Source: Mobula hypostoma (taxonomy: Eukaryota). From it: a stretch of 64,000 bases of DNA. The stretch is taken from the NCBI RefSeq assembly GCF_963921235.1, contig NC_086106.1:24676001-24740000 (forward strand). The letters are read 5' to 3'. A model generated the notes under the pieces. That model did no database searches, was not told the DNA's origin, and worked only from the letters and a program-made list of their open reading frames with translations. This document shows, piece after piece, positions 63,210-64,000 of this stretch. Made by a program: the position numbers and the translations under genes. The first letter of the stretch is position 1. The number at the start of each line of letters is the position of its first letter.

Positions 63210-63688
63210 ATGAAAAATAGTTTCACGCAGGTTCTAATTATTGTGTTTCTTCTTGGTAAGATGTTTATTCTCCGAACTATTCCAGAGCACGCTAATCATC
63301 TGTAAGCGCGTTCTCCTTTTTTAATATTTATGTAAGCATGTTTGAAGTAGAGCTTATTATCTATTATTTATTTTACTTTTAGACTGGAGCCTTGAAGACT
63401 CAGTGGAACAGTGTGTGGATGCAATGACGTTCGAAGAAGAAAATAATATTACGCTAAACTGTACTTTGCATACGTGCTCTGCAACCCCGAATGTTTTCTG
63501 GTATAGGCAGCGCACCGGACAGCAACCACAGTACTTGATTAGGATTGTAGCAGGGAAAGTATACCCAAGTGAGGATATAACCAACCGATTATTTGCTTTC
63601 AATGACAAAAGTAAAAACAAAAATAGCGAACTGTCGATTAACAACGCTATCACCTCTGACTCAGCCACGTATCCCTGTGCGATGAGCA
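63210..63688 (+). pseudogene. V segment V6 (leader 63210-63255, V exon 63383-63688): open frame, defective RSS
   Basis: MKNSFTQVLIIVFLL|DWSLEDSVEQC..TLNC..FWYRQ..DSATYPCAMS is open; the RSS has a CAA heptamer start and a 29-nt spacer. Confidence 0.85.
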
Positions 63689-63733
63689 CAAGGTGCTGAA
63701 AAAAAAACAACTCAACTTCCTCGAACAAAAGTC
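63689..63733 (+). other. Degenerate RSS of V6
   Basis: CAAGGTG, 29 nt containing an expanded A run, ACAAAAGTC. Confidence 0.85.
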
Positions 63734-64000
63734 CTCTTTCACAGATTCGTCGAGAGCTCGATAGAGGGCGACCAAATCAAGGTGAAAGTAAATGCTAACT
63801 GAAGCTTCAAGACTTAATCCAATATTTTCATTTGATGCCGTAGTCAGTTACTGTTACCACTGACGTGTCCACTTGGCAGTTGACATGGAAGTTTTTGATC
63901 ATCGATTACTATAACTGTGATCAAAAACAGTTCACCGTAAGTGATTCCTCTGTGTTACTTAATTTATCTAAATATCCACCATTCACATCTGAAGCTGCAC

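Noticed and set aside
63210-63688. V6 as a NAR-TCR supporting V
   Set aside because: It has a normal leader exon, and no IgNAR-like V/D/J lies upstream in the window.
1-64000. D, J or constant segments, IgH/NAR-type V segments, CRISPR arrays, rRNA or tRNA genes
   Set aside because: None recognised by eye: no 12-RSS with an FGxG motif; the tRNA-like boxes belong to SINE heads.

Overview
Vertebrate (inferred cartilaginous fish, probably a ray) genomic DNA from the V-segment region of a T-cell receptor alpha/delta-type locus. It holds six tandem, same-strand (+) V gene segments of one family, each with a 46-nt leader exon, phase-1 intron, ~300-nt V exon and 23-spacer RSS, plus one cassette from which the V gene has been deleted. 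Only V4 (47609-48083) is fully intact. V1 has a frameshifted leader and a young CR1 in its intron, V2 has one nonsense codon, V3 is heavily decayed, V5 is frameshifted, and V6 has an open frame but a broken RSS. No D, J or C segments were seen. The V genes sit in a tandemly duplicated ~5-7 kb cassette riddled with transposons: Penelope-like elements with hammerhead ribozymes and target-site duplications, CR1, Rex/L2-like and L1 LINEs, a Gypsy integrase remnant, a solo LTR, tRNA-SINEs and a Chapaev-like transposase remnant. The most notable signal not explained by these features is that the cassette carries two divergently oriented CTCF-like motifs: a reverse one ~650 nt upstream of the leader and a forward one 23-25 nt 3' of the RSS nonamer. 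These motifs are retained even in the decayed V3 (3' motif only) and in the V-less cassette (both). All coordinates were counted by eye; TE boundaries are approximate unless a TSD is quoted.
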